Shown here one piece after another: positions 38,376 through 47,882 of a stretch of 64,000 nucleotides of DNA (its first letter is position 1; every line of letters begins with the position of its first letter). The stretch spans positions 1-64,000 of the forward strand of contig CANQQV010000009.1 in assembly GCA_947626095.1 (NCBI GenBank), in the 5' to 3' direction. The stretch comes from an uncultured Bacilli bacterium (GTDB taxonomy: Bacteria; Bacillota_I; Bacilli_A; RF39; UBA660). Both the position numbers and the translations under genes were made by a program. The notes beneath the pieces are model-generated. The model was not told the origin of the DNA. It worked only from the letters and a program-made list of their open reading frames with translations, and ran no database searches.

Positions 38376-38394
38376 TCCTCAATTAATCGAGTTT
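38373..38394. repeat. 22-bp direct repeat B, copy 2
   Basis: 20/22 identical to 36657-36678; about 10 nt from the tRNA-Leu CCA end. Confidence 0.75.
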
Positions 38395-38403
38395 ATTTTA
38401 ACT

Positions 38404-38490
38404 TGGTGCCCATGGTGGGACTCGAACCCACACGATATTGCTACCACTGGATTTTGAGTCCAGCGCGTCTACCAATTCCGCCACATGGGC
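38404..38490 (-). tRNA. tRNA-Leu(CAA)
   Basis: GCCCATG acceptor, CTGGA-CT CAA AA-TCCAG, long variable arm, GGTTCGAGTCC, CCA. Confidence 0.97.
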
Positions 38491-38556
38491 AATTACATAA
38501 TTAATTATAACATAAATATTATTTTGTACAAATAAAAAGATTTGATTTAACAAATC

Positions 38557-39096
38557 TTATTTTATAAAGCCAGTTGCTTTTAAATTAGTTTCAATAACTT
38601 CTTCTCCTACCCTGTTATCTATACGATAATCTTTAGCTTCAATACCTTTTTGAATAAAGATAGTAGTTGGAGTACTAGTAACAGTTATTAATGAATCCAT
38701 AGTTTCACGTTCACTAGAAGTTAGTAAATCGTATTCAATTACATATGCGGTTAGATTATGTTCCTTTAATGTTTCATTAAGAATTGGCTTGAAGCCTTTA
38801 CAACCAGGACAGAAGGTCTGGGAAGCTAATAAGATGAAACTTTCCTTATTCTTTATTAAAGTTGTAAATTCGGCTTGAGTTATATTTTTTAAATTACTAT
38901 ATGTTATATTCTCTTCTTCGACAGGTTCTGAAGATGATTCATTATTATGAATATCTTCATTTAATTCTTGATTCACTTCTTGAGATTCTTTAGTTTGATC
39001 CTCTGAATTATTACGATTACTAATAAAGTAAATAGTTCCTCCACATAAAGTAAGCGCTAAAACAAATAAAAGTATTGTAATTATTTTTTTATGCAT
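38557..39096 (-). CDS. membrane-anchored thioredoxin-like protein
   Basis: TM anchor, CPGC, STPTTIF. Confidence 0.8.
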   Translation of the reverse strand: MHKKIITILLFVLALTLCGGTIYFISNRNNSEDQTKESQEVNQELNEDIHNNESSSEPVEEENITYSNLKNITQAEFTTLIKNKESFILLASQTFCPGCKGFKPILNETLKEHNLTAYVIEYDLLTSSERETMDSLITVTSTPTTIFIQKGIEAKDYRIDNRVGEEVIETNLKATGFIK

Positions 39097-39105
39097 AATA
39101 CTCCT

Positions 39106-39693
39106 CTATTCCACGATATCAATTCCTAACAATTTAGATAGTTCAATGGCTTGAATTAAATTAACTTTTAAACCTTTTAAGTATTTAGGTTGAATTTTAA
39201 TATTAGTTATATCACAAGTGCTTAAATCTAAACCGTCTAGGTTAGTATCGATAAATTCCATTTTTATTAATTTACTTTGGTTAAAACCAAGGTCTTTATT
39301 AATTATATTGTAAAAAGTACTTTCAGTAAAGTCAGAATTTTCAATAGTTAGATCTTTTACTTTACTATCAACTAAATTAAAGTATTTACATAGTGAATTA
39401 TCGATTACGACTTTAGTTAAATGACAATTATTAAGATTAACACCAACTAATTTACAGTTAGTAAATTTTATTTCACGAAAATTACAATCAATAAACTTAG
39501 TATTAGATAAATCACAATTAGTAAATTCAATCTTTTCAAAAAAGGCATTTTCAAAAAGATTATTGTCTAAATTAGTATATGTAAAGGTACAGAGTTTAAT
39601 ATTTTTATTGGAAACTTCTAGATTAGAAAGATTAAGGTTATTTAGTTCTTCACTTATTAAGTCATCTTCTTTAGTGAAATCTTTTTTATTCAT
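39106..39693 (-). CDS. pentapeptide repeat protein
   Basis: FTNCDLSNTKFIDC repeats; start MNKKDF overlaps scpB end. Confidence 0.85.
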   Translation of the reverse strand: MNKKDFTKEDDLISEELNNLNLSNLEVSNKNIKLCTFTYTNLDNNLFENAFFEKIEFTNCDLSNTKFIDCNFREIKFTNCKLVGVNLNNCHLTKVVIDNSLCKYFNLVDSKVKDLTIENSDFTESTFYNIINKDLGFNQSKLIKMEFIDTNLDGLDLSTCDITNIKIQPKYLKGLKVNLIQAIELSKLLGIDIVE

Positions 39694-40255
39694 TTTCTTC
39701 TTCCTTATATATCGAAGAGAATAGATCTTTATCTTCGTTTGGTTCCTCTGGCTCACTAATAATTGTTGGTAAGTCACTAATTGATGATAAGCCAAAGTAA
39801 TCTAAAAATTCACTAGTAGTAGCATAAAGGTTGGGACGACCTGGTAAGGTACTTTTACCTACTTCTTTAATTAAACCTTTAGCTAGTAATTTCCTTAAAA
39901 TATGAACATTACTTACACCACGTAATTCATCGATTTCAACACGAGTTATTGGTTGATTGTAAGCAATAATAGCTAAAGTTTCTAAAGCAGCTTGGGATAA
40001 AGTATTATTTTCGGGATTTTCAATTAATTTTTTATAGTAATCTTTATGTTCTTTTTTAGTTGTTAATTTGAAGGCATTACCTAAATAACTAATACGAATA
40101 CCACGATTATCAGCATCATAACTTTTCTTTAATTCCATTAAAAGTTCTTTGGCTTTGTCCATATCTATTTCTAAAATATCACAGATTTGATTAAGGGATA
40201 AACCTTCATCACCAACCACAAATAATATTCCTTCTAAAACACCGATTAGATTCAT
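39686..40255 (-). CDS. scpB: segregation/condensation protein B
   Basis: EGILF, LSQAALETLAIIAYNQPITR, GRPNLYATT. Confidence 0.96.
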   Translation of the reverse strand: MNLIGVLEGILFVVGDEGLSLNQICDILEIDMDKAKELLMELKKSYDADNRGIRISYLGNAFKLTTKKEHKDYYKKLIENPENNTLSQAALETLAIIAYNQPITRVEIDELRGVSNVHILRKLLAKGLIKEVGKSTLPGRPNLYATTSEFLDYFGLSSISDLPTIISEPEEPNEDKDLFSSIYKEEENE

Positions 40256-40980
40256 TTTTTACTCACTCTTTCTATCATAATTGGACTAAAGCTAGCTTCT
40301 TGAGTTAAAGTTATCTCATTATTTTTACTCATTTCTAAAATAGATAAAAAAGTAACAACGATATTTTCTTTAGTTAGTTCGGTAAATAGTTCAATGAAAT
40401 TAACTTTTTGACGCTTTTTTAAAATAGATCTAATATCTTTTATTTTATCATCGACACTTAATTCTCTTTTGGTAATTTTAGTATTTAAAGGTTTATCAAG
40501 TTTTTGTCTTTCAATAAATAGTTGATAGGCATTAAATAAATCTTCAACGCTTAATTCGCCTTTGATAAAACCTGTTGAATCTAAATATTCGTTTAATGAC
40601 TCAGGTAACTTGGTATAAACTTCAGATCTTTTTTCTTCGAGTTCTTGAAAGTTTTTAGTTATCTCTTTATACTTTTCATATTCAAGTAATTTGTTTTTTA
40701 AATCTTCTTCACTATTAAAGGAGAATTCATCATCTTCATTTTCTTCTTCATGACGATTAACTAATAACTTACTCTTTAAATGGATAAGTTCAGCAGCCAT
40801 TACTAAGTATTCACTAGCAACATCAATATTTTTTTCTTCTAAAGAATGAATAAAATCTAAATATTGATTAATTATTTCATGAATATTTATTTCGTAAATA
40901 TCCATTTTTGACTCTTTGACTAAGTGAAGTAGTAAATCTAATGGGCCTTCAAAATCAGCAGTTGTAAAGTTGTAAGTCAT
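40252..40980 (-). CDS. scpA: segregation/condensation protein A
   Basis: FEGPLDLLLHL, EYLVMAA..KSK.L, VTFLSILE. Confidence 0.96.
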   Translation of the reverse strand: MTYNFTTADFEGPLDLLLHLVKESKMDIYEINIHEIINQYLDFIHSLEEKNIDVASEYLVMAAELIHLKSKLLVNRHEEENEDDEFSFNSEEDLKNKLLEYEKYKEITKNFQELEEKRSEVYTKLPESLNEYLDSTGFIKGELSVEDLFNAYQLFIERQKLDKPLNTKITKRELSVDDKIKDIRSILKKRQKVNFIELFTELTKENIVVTFLSILEMSKNNEITLTQEASFSPIMIERVSKK

Positions 40981-40991
40981 ATTAATCCCCC

Positions 40992-42254
40992 CTATTTACA
41001 TGTATATCCTTGCGCCTCTATTTCAAAAGCTACTGTATTAATATTTTCACTATATCTAAAATATCGATAAACTTTTAAGTCTGATAAGGTTTTATCAGGT
41101 ATATCTTTTAATTCGATATCATTAATCATTGTAAAGTCAGTGCCAGTTTCAACGAAGTTTGATGTAAAGTTTTCTATTTGTTTATATTGTTCAGAAAGAG
41201 CACGGTAACTATCTTTATTAGCAGTATAGTTTTTGCTATTAACTTGTTCTTCCTTATAAGTCTCTTTTATTTTCATTAAAGAATCATTAATGAAATAATA
41301 TTTCATTTCATCGTTTAAGTGATTGCATGTTAAGACATCGTAATCACCATCAGTTTCCATTGTTGAAACATTTGGATAACGGGCTTGTTGAATTTCTTCA
41401 ACTTTAAGTTTGTTAGCACGATTATAAGCTCTTTCACTAATTACGACTTTTACTTCACTAGCACCATAAGCTGGAACAATATCATAAGAATGAATTAAAG
41501 CATAGCCAACTACTTTATCTTCTTCTAGTAAAGTAACGTAGAACTTTTTATCATACATATATGGTTGGCCTTTAGTATTAGTTAAAGTAAAGATTAAATA
41601 ATGTTCATCTAATTCATTAGATGTAACAAAGTTGCTTAGTTCTAGGTTATCTATTTTTACTCTAACAGATGTTGATTCAAGTTCAAATACTTCTGATTGA
41701 CTTTCTTGTTCAGGTGTTTTGCTTTTACCAGATGAAGTGAAACTAAAATCAGCGACTTTAACAATTGATGGTAAAAAGAGAATGAATCCAATTAAGAAGA
41801 GAAAGAAAAAAACAACGACAATTGGATTTCCTTCTTTTTCTGGTTTGATTTCATATAAAACCTTTTCTTCACTATTAAATTGATCGACATTAAATTTTGG
41901 CTTTGTTTCTTCTTTAGTCTCTGGTACTTCAGGAGCTTCGACTTTTTCTTCAGGAGCTGGTACTTCATTAACTTTAGGCATTTCCATTTTAGGCTCTGGA
42001 GCTTGTTCTTCACTAGCAACACTAAAAATAGCGCTAAAGTCAGCAGCTGGATTTAAAGTCTGATTTTGAGCTTTAACTTCCTCTTTATTTTCATTACTTT
42101 CTGGTATATTAATTACAGAATCAGGAATAGTTACCTCTTCTTTATTAGTCGTATTAACTTCTTTGGGTTCAACAGAGTTATCTTGGTTTATTGAAGGTTG
42201 TGCATTAGGAGTTTCATTTGTACCAAGATTGTTATTTAAATCTTTATTATCCAT
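40992..42254 (-). CDS. hypothetical membrane protein, acidic low-complexity N-terminus
   Basis: E/P-rich N-terminus, one TM helix. Confidence 0.75.
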   Translation of the reverse strand: MDNKDLNNNLGTNETPNAQPSINQDNSVEPKEVNTTNKEEVTIPDSVINIPESNENKEEVKAQNQTLNPAADFSAIFSVASEEQAPEPKMEMPKVNEVPAPEEKVEAPEVPETKEETKPKFNVDQFNSEEKVLYEIKPEKEGNPIVVVFFFLFLIGFILFLPSIVKVADFSFTSSGKSKTPEQESQSEVFELESTSVRVKIDNLELSNFVTSNELDEHYLIFTLTNTKGQPYMYDKKFYVTLLEEDKVVGYALIHSYDIVPAYGASEVKVVISERAYNRANKLKVEEIQQARYPNVSTMETDGDYDVLTCNHLNDEMKYYFINDSLMKIKETYKEEQVNSKNYTANKDSYRALSEQYKQIENFTSNFVETGTDFTMINDIELKDIPDKTLSDLKVYRYFRYSENINTVAFEIEAQGYTCK

Positions 42255-42317
42255 AATAATCCCTTCATTCTTCTTTTATAATTATATCAAATATGTGGAA
42301 ATTAAAAAAGAGATTAT

Positions 42318-42668
42318 TTAATCTCTAATTTTGAATATTAAGGAAAAGATAAAGCCAAAGAAGATAGCACCACTTATTCCTGTACTAGTTGTTGATAATA
42401 GATTACTAAACATACCGATAAAACCATTATTTTGGAATCCTTCATAAGCTGCTTTATATAGAGCATTACCAAAGGAAGTAATTGGTAGTGAACTACCGAC
42501 TAAACTATAATCTGCAATTACTTGGTAGATACCTAAAAAAGAAAGAAGTGCACCAGTTATAACAAAAATACTTGTTATATGACCAGGAGTTAATTTAGTG
42601 TTATCTAAAATTATTTGGCCGATTAAACAGATTGTGCCACAAACTAAGAAAGAATTAATATAAATCAT
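42318..42668 (-). CDS. spoVAE: stage V sporulation protein AE(b)
   Basis: FLVCGTICLIGQIILD.TKLTPGHI, LPITSFG. Confidence 0.9.
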   Translation of the reverse strand: MIYINSFLVCGTICLIGQIILDNTKLTPGHITSIFVITGALLSFLGIYQVIADYSLVGSSLPITSFGNALYKAAYEGFQNNGFIGMFSNLLSTTSTGISGAIFFGFIFSLIFKIRD

Positions 42669-43636
42669 TTTATCACCTCGATACTAATAGCATGAGTAAT
42701 TGAAGGGATACTCTTTTTTAAATTAACCATTAAAGTATTATGTAAGGAACCTGTAGCTAAGATTAAGATTTTTTTATACTGAGGTTCTTTTAAAATTTTA
42801 TTAAATAATACTAAGGGAACAACAACTGGTCCACTACCACCTTGGTAAGTATTTTGATCATCTTTATATAAAATACTAGAGGCGTCATAATAAGCTTTAG
42901 GTAAATAATTATAATCTTCTTGAATAAGATTTAAAAATAATTTACTACCTAAAGTACCTAGATCACCAGTTATGATTAAATCATAATAATTGATATCACG
43001 GTGTAATTCAGTTAGATGTTGGTTAAGTGTTTTAGCAGCACTAGGAGCCATTACAGCGCCCATATTAGATGAATCTTTAATACCATAATCAACGACAGTA
43101 CCAATTGTGGCTGATTCTATTTTAATATTACTCTTTTCATTGGTTATATAAGCACATGCCGCACCAGTAGTTGTAAAAGTTGTATAACATTTTTTAGGTG
43201 AGCCATATTCAATAGGAAAACGGTATTGTCGTTCGGCATTTAGATTATGACTTGAAGTAATAGCTAGACCGCTATGAATTTGGTTAGCTTCAATAAAGTT
43301 AGCAAGAATTATTAAACTTTCATTAAAAGTAGCACAAGCATTATATGCTCCTAGGAAAGGAATATTACGATTTACTAAGTTGTAAGATGTGATAGTTAGT
43401 TGATTGATTAAATCGCCACCAACTAATAATTCTATTTTATTATTTAATTTATTTCTTTTCGTTATGTTAGTTAGACAGAGGTTTTGCATTTTGATTTCGG
43501 CATCTTCAATTCGTTCTTCACCAAAATAATAATCTTTAAGAATATTAGGATATGTTAAATTACCTTTAACTTCTTCGGGACCAGCAATAGTTTCATAGTC
43601 TTTAAGATAGACATTATTATATTTAAAACTAGACAT
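42665..43636 (-). CDS. spoVAD: stage V sporulation protein AD
   Basis: GDLINQ, ACAT, AERQYRFPIEYG, MGAVMAP.A, GGSG. Confidence 0.93.
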   Translation of the reverse strand: MSSFKYNNVYLKDYETIAGPEEVKGNLTYPNILKDYYFGEERIEDAEIKMQNLCLTNITKRNKLNNKIELLVGGDLINQLTITSYNLVNRNIPFLGAYNACATFNESLIILANFIEANQIHSGLAITSSHNLNAERQYRFPIEYGSPKKCYTTFTTTGAACAYITNEKSNIKIESATIGTVVDYGIKDSSNMGAVMAPSAAKTLNQHLTELHRDINYYDLIITGDLGTLGSKLFLNLIQEDYNYLPKAYYDASSILYKDDQNTYQGGSGPVVVPLVLFNKILKEPQYKKILILATGSLHNTLMVNLKKSIPSITHAISIEVIK

Positions 43637-44057
43637 TTAAAATCACCTTGATTAAAGTAAGAATAATAGCACTAACTACACCATAAAGAATGACGGAGCC
43701 GGCTAGTTTAAAGGCATTTGATCCCATATTTAAGAAACCTTCTTTTTTATAGTCAATAATAGATGAAGATACAGAATGGGCAAAACCAGTAATAGGAATA
43801 ATAAGAGCACACTTTAGTTTAGAAAATAGATTGTCAGCAAAACCACAACAAGTCATAAAGGCTGAAGCAATAATAAAGATTAATAACATAAAAGCTATTG
43901 AATCTTCACTATTATATATTTTGTTTAAATTAAGATATATGATTGTACCAATTACCCCAATTAAACCACCACCAATAAATGATACTAACATATTAGTTAG
44001 ACGATTTTCTTTGGGAGTTAGTTCATTAACCATTTTTTTGTATTTAACAGCATTCAT
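43629..44057 (-). CDS. spoVAC: stage V sporulation protein AC
   Basis: FIGGGLI, IPITGFAHS, FKLAGSVILYG. Confidence 0.9.
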   Translation of the reverse strand: MNAVKYKKMVNELTPKENRLTNMLVSFIGGGLIGVIGTIIYLNLNKIYNSEDSIAFMLLIFIIASAFMTCCGFADNLFSKLKCALIIPITGFAHSVSSSIIDYKKEGFLNMGSNAFKLAGSVILYGVVSAIILTLIKVILNV

Positions 44058-44073
44058 TTAATCACCTATTACT

Positions 44074-44103
44074 TAGTATGATTAAGCGCTTAAATAATTA
44101 TAC
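44074..44103 (-). promoter_or_regulatory. sigmaG-type promoter of spoVA
   Basis: GTATA-18 bp-CATACTA, matching the B. subtilis sigmaG consensus. Confidence 0.75.
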
Positions 44104-44735
44104 ATTTTAGATAAACTTTTCTTTTCATAACGAGAGACTTTGACTTGAGACATACCAAGTATTTTAGCGGTTTCACTTTGAGTAAAGTCTTGAAAGTAAC
44201 GATAGTTTATAATGTCTTTTTCTTCTTTAGTTAGAGTATCCATGGAATCTTTTAAATCGATTATATTAGTTGAAATGTTATCCTCTGGTTTTGAAATAGT
44301 TTCATAGATAGGACGTTCGGTATCACTATCTAAGCTCATGATTGAGGAAGTACATTCATATATTTGATAAATGGTTGCTTCGTCATAACCAAGGAATGAT
44401 GATAACTCAGAGATAGAGGGAATATGATTTATTTTTTGGGCTAGTTGGTATTTGGCTTGTTCAAGTTTTTTATATAATTTTAGAATGTTTTTATTTAGTT
44501 TAATGGTACGAATATTGTTAACAAAGTCATACATTTCCCCAAAGATGTAGTTATAAGCATAAGTAGTAAATTTAGTAGTACCATCATCTTTAAAGTTATT
44601 ATAAGCTTTGATTATACCAATAACACCAGCTTGATATAAATCTTCTAATTCAGCACCATGAAATTTAGTAGCTATTTTATAAATTAATTTTTCGTGTAAT
44701 TTTATAATTGTTTCTAAATCGGTCATTTTTATCAC
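44082..44735 (-). CDS. sigF: sporulation sigma factor (SigF/SigG family)
   Basis: EDLYQAG.IG..KA..F..TKFTTYA, RYFQDFTQSETAKILGMSQVKVSR.EKK; synteny with spoVA. Confidence 0.75.
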   Translation of the reverse strand: MIKMTDLETIIKLHEKLIYKIATKFHGAELEDLYQAGVIGIIKAYNNFKDDGTTKFTTYAYNYIFGEMYDFVNNIRTIKLNKNILKLYKKLEQAKYQLAQKINHIPSISELSSFLGYDEATIYQIYECTSSIMSLDSDTERPIYETISKPEDNISTNIIDLKDSMDTLTKEEKDIINYRYFQDFTQSETAKILGMSQVKVSRYEKKSLSKMYNYLSA

Positions 44736-44839
44736 CTGTTATTTAGAATATAGAGCTTATTAAGGGGATTTTAAACAGTATCGACAAACATAGAAATAAT
44801 TAGAATTTAGAGCAAGTAAAAAGCACTGTCAAACAGTGC

Positions 44840-46243
44840 TTATTCCATATCAATTGTATAAGGATTATCAATAGTTCCTGAACCAGTTACAGTTATGTTA
44901 CTATCTAAAGTAATAACAGGACGTAAACCGATTTGTTTATCAACAGCTACTGATGAAAGAGCTCCCTTATCAGTTACACTAAAGATATTTGGACGACCAG
45001 CATTGAAATCAAATGGTGTAAATGTAATAAATGATTCCCCATTATATAGATAGTAATTCATATTATTAGCATTATATTCACCACCAGCCATTACGACTTC
45101 ATCGGCAGTTATTAAACCAACTTTATTATTGTATATACCACCGAAATCAGAAGTACTGGTAGGACAAGTAAGTGATGGAGTATGTTCTGTTACTAAACGA
45201 TTATAAGCATTAAAGTAAATGTGTTTATCGTTTTTATAACCAGTATCATTACAATAATCAGCAGCAACGACATATTTATCTAAATCTTTAGTAATTATAT
45301 TGTTGTTATACCAAACATCTAAAGCTTCAACAATAGTACTAGCTGTTTCAGTATTATACCAAAGGTATTTATAACCAGCGAAGTCTTTTTCTGGACTCTT
45401 TAAATTATTAAAAATAGAATATGTAGCAGATTTATCTAAGATTAATTTAATAGTTCCATCTTCATTAATACTTATAATACGCCAAATAAAGTTACCAAAT
45501 GAAACATAGTTATTAGTAACTACTCCACGATAATAATATGTTTTACCAGTAGAAGATGTAGCAACATATAAGCCATCAGATGAAGTTGAGACATTAGCGA
45601 AGTTAGGAGCCGCTTTAGCTTCTATCTTAGCTTTATCAGCTAATAACATTTCATAGAATTTAGCTTTAACTGAAGAATCAGTATCGATTAATTCAAATTG
45701 CATTTTAAAAATTTTATCTTTTTCAATTTTAGGACTTTTTACTTCATCAAACCATAGTTTAATATTAGTTCTGACTGTTTCACCTGGTTTAACAGTAGCT
45801 AAACCAACTAGTCTACTTTGGGTAACATTATCCATTTCTGATTTTGCTACTTCTAGATTATTATATAGTGATGTTTCTTTAGTTACATTACCAGTTGCTT
45901 CAAGAGTTAAAGCTTTTAAATCAACGGTTGTTTCATCTAAAATATTTAAACGGACTTGTAATTCTTTATCAACACTACAAATGTTTTCAATAGCTAAAGT
46001 ATAAGGACTAGTTTCTAAGCCCTTCTCTGTTGTAACAGGTGTTATATTACGCATTTCAATAACATCTTTACCATCGGGATAATATATTTTAAAACAATCT
46101 AATGTCGTAGAACTTAATTCGGCTTTATCTTGAGTAGAAACCCAAACACCATAACCGGTACCGATTGATAAAGTAGCTGCGAGCATTAAACCGATTATTA
46201 CTAAACTTACAATATATTTTTTCTTCATAATCTTCACTCTCAA
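44840..46243 (-). CDS. secreted/surface protein
   Basis: Signal-like N-terminus; YYYRG..NNYVSFG..WRII..GTIKLI, VGLITADEV, GLRPVI, GSGT..NPY motifs. Confidence 0.7.
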   Translation of the reverse strand: MRVKIMKKKYIVSLVIIGLMLAATLSIGTGYGVWVSTQDKAELSSTTLDCFKIYYPDGKDVIEMRNITPVTTEKGLETSPYTLAIENICSVDKELQVRLNILDETTVDLKALTLEATGNVTKETSLYNNLEVAKSEMDNVTQSRLVGLATVKPGETVRTNIKLWFDEVKSPKIEKDKIFKMQFELIDTDSSVKAKFYEMLLADKAKIEAKAAPNFANVSTSSDGLYVATSSTGKTYYYRGVVTNNYVSFGNFIWRIISINEDGTIKLILDKSATYSIFNNLKSPEKDFAGYKYLWYNTETASTIVEALDVWYNNNIITKDLDKYVVAADYCNDTGYKNDKHIYFNAYNRLVTEHTPSLTCPTSTSDFGGIYNNKVGLITADEVVMAGGEYNANNMNYYLYNGESFITFTPFDFNAGRPNIFSVTDKGALSSVAVDKQIGLRPVITLDSNITVTGSGTIDNPYTIDME

Positions 46244-46320
46244 TTCTCTAAATTCATTAATAATAATATATAATATTTACTACTTTTAGTCAATGATTTA
46301 GAAAGTTAAAAAAGAAGATA

Positions 46321-46950
46321 TTAATCTTCTTTGATTCTTAACATTTGAATATCTTTTATAATGTATTTGGCGGTTTCTTCAATGAAAGCAATTATTTCTT
46401 TAGTATTAAACATAAAGGTCTTTTCTTCTTTACTTTCTTCAATGATTAAACCCATTTTTTCAATTAGGATTGGTAATTTATCTAAAGGTATTTCGTTAAT
46501 TTTAGAAGTAGGTTTTCTAAAATCGATATAAAAGATTTCTAATGGTAACATGTAACGATCAATTAAATCGATATTAATGTTAGTATAATCATTATAAATA
46601 ACATCTTTAATAGCAGTATAAGTTAATTCTTTTTTATTACGATCAGTAGCATAGCGTTCAATAAATTTATAGACATAATCTCTAAACCAGTATTTATCAG
46701 TTAATAAATGAATTAAGTAGCCCATCGTAAAGGGATTAGTTAAGTCATCTTCATATTTAGTTAAAAAATGATTAATATTAGGAATATCATCTTCATTACT
46801 ATGGTCAAGGAAGTGAGATATTTCTTTTGTTTCCCCTATTTGTTTAGATATGTCGGGCGCAATTGATCCTAATAATATTTGATATTCATCCATACCAAGA
46901 TATTTATTAACTTCTTTTGCAACACATAAATGTATAATAGCTGATGCCAT
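46321..46950 (-). CDS. zinc-dependent phospholipase C-like protein
   Basis: MAS..IH, GSIAPD, SHF, GYLIHLLTD. Confidence 0.7.
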   Translation of the reverse strand: MASAIIHLCVAKEVNKYLGMDEYQILLGSIAPDISKQIGETKEISHFLDHSNEDDIPNINHFLTKYEDDLTNPFTMGYLIHLLTDKYWFRDYVYKFIERYATDRNKKELTYTAIKDVIYNDYTNINIDLIDRYMLPLEIFYIDFRKPTSKINEIPLDKLPILIEKMGLIIEESKEEKTFMFNTKEIIAFIEETAKYIIKDIQMLRIKED

Positions 46951-47022
46951 ATTATCACCATACTCATTATAACATAGCTATTTTTGTTTATTACTATTTT
47001 TATGTAGCCTTTGACATTAGAT

Positions 47023-47841
47023 TTAACTAGGTAATTCCTGTCTTTTTAAAATAAAATGACGTAAGAATTTAAATTTTTCTTTGTTAGAAAAATAAAAGTA
47101 ACCTATAATGTTAAAGGATAAAGCGCCAAGGAAGTTAACGAATAAGTCTTTGATAGTATCGTTAAGACCGATATCTAAGTAACCATTATCAATGGTTGTT
47201 TTGACTAAGTTGTTATTGTTATCTAGATAGTATATTTCAGTATATGCTATTTTATCGATTTTAAGGGGAATATTTTCATGATTTTGATTTAATAAAATAC
47301 TATTTATTTTCGTAATATAACGATCTTTTTGCATATCAGTATGTAGTAAGGAATTATCAGATAGGTATTCATAGAATTCCCAAAAGATACCTATGGTCAT
47401 GGAAAAACAAAAAGAAACAATACACATAAAGATGGGTGATAATTTAATACTAGTGATATTTTTATTTAATAGATCGATTAATGATAAACCAACACCAGCA
47501 GCTAGAAAACCATTAATAGTATGTAAGATAGTATCCCAATAAGGAATTGTACCATAGAAGTTATTTATTTCCCCTAGTATTTCGGCAGCATAGATAAATA
47601 ATAGAATAATTATTTCTAAGATATTAGGTAATTCGATTTTAAACTTTCTTTTAATAAATAAAGGAATAAAAAATAAAATAAGGGAGATTAAACAAAGGAT
47701 GGCGTTATTTAAATCACCTCTGGTAAATTCTAATACCATACAAGTAATTACTAAAAGACGAAGAATTGAATAAACAATGATAGATGATCTACGACTACTT
47801 TTAGTAATATCTAAGATTTTTTCTTTTATTATTTTAAACAT
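47023..47841 (-). CDS. multi-pass membrane protein (DUF2238-like)
   Basis: WDTILH, WEFYEY, DTIKDL. Confidence 0.7.
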   Translation of the reverse strand: MFKIIKEKILDITKSSRRSSIIVYSILRLLVITCMVLEFTRGDLNNAILCLISLILFFIPLFIKRKFKIELPNILEIIILLFIYAAEILGEINNFYGTIPYWDTILHTINGFLAAGVGLSLIDLLNKNITSIKLSPIFMCIVSFCFSMTIGIFWEFYEYLSDNSLLHTDMQKDRYITKINSILLNQNHENIPLKIDKIAYTEIYYLDNNNNLVKTTIDNGYLDIGLNDTIKDLFVNFLGALSFNIIGYFYFSNKEKFKFLRHFILKRQELPS

Positions 47842-47882
47842 ATTATCGACCTTTAATAAAATATATTTAAATAAAAAAATAA

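Noticed and set aside
35665-38394. Repeats as CRISPR array or integron attC sites
   Set aside because: Only two copies each, kb-scale spacing, no cas or intI gene, no GTTRRRY/RYYYAAC boxes
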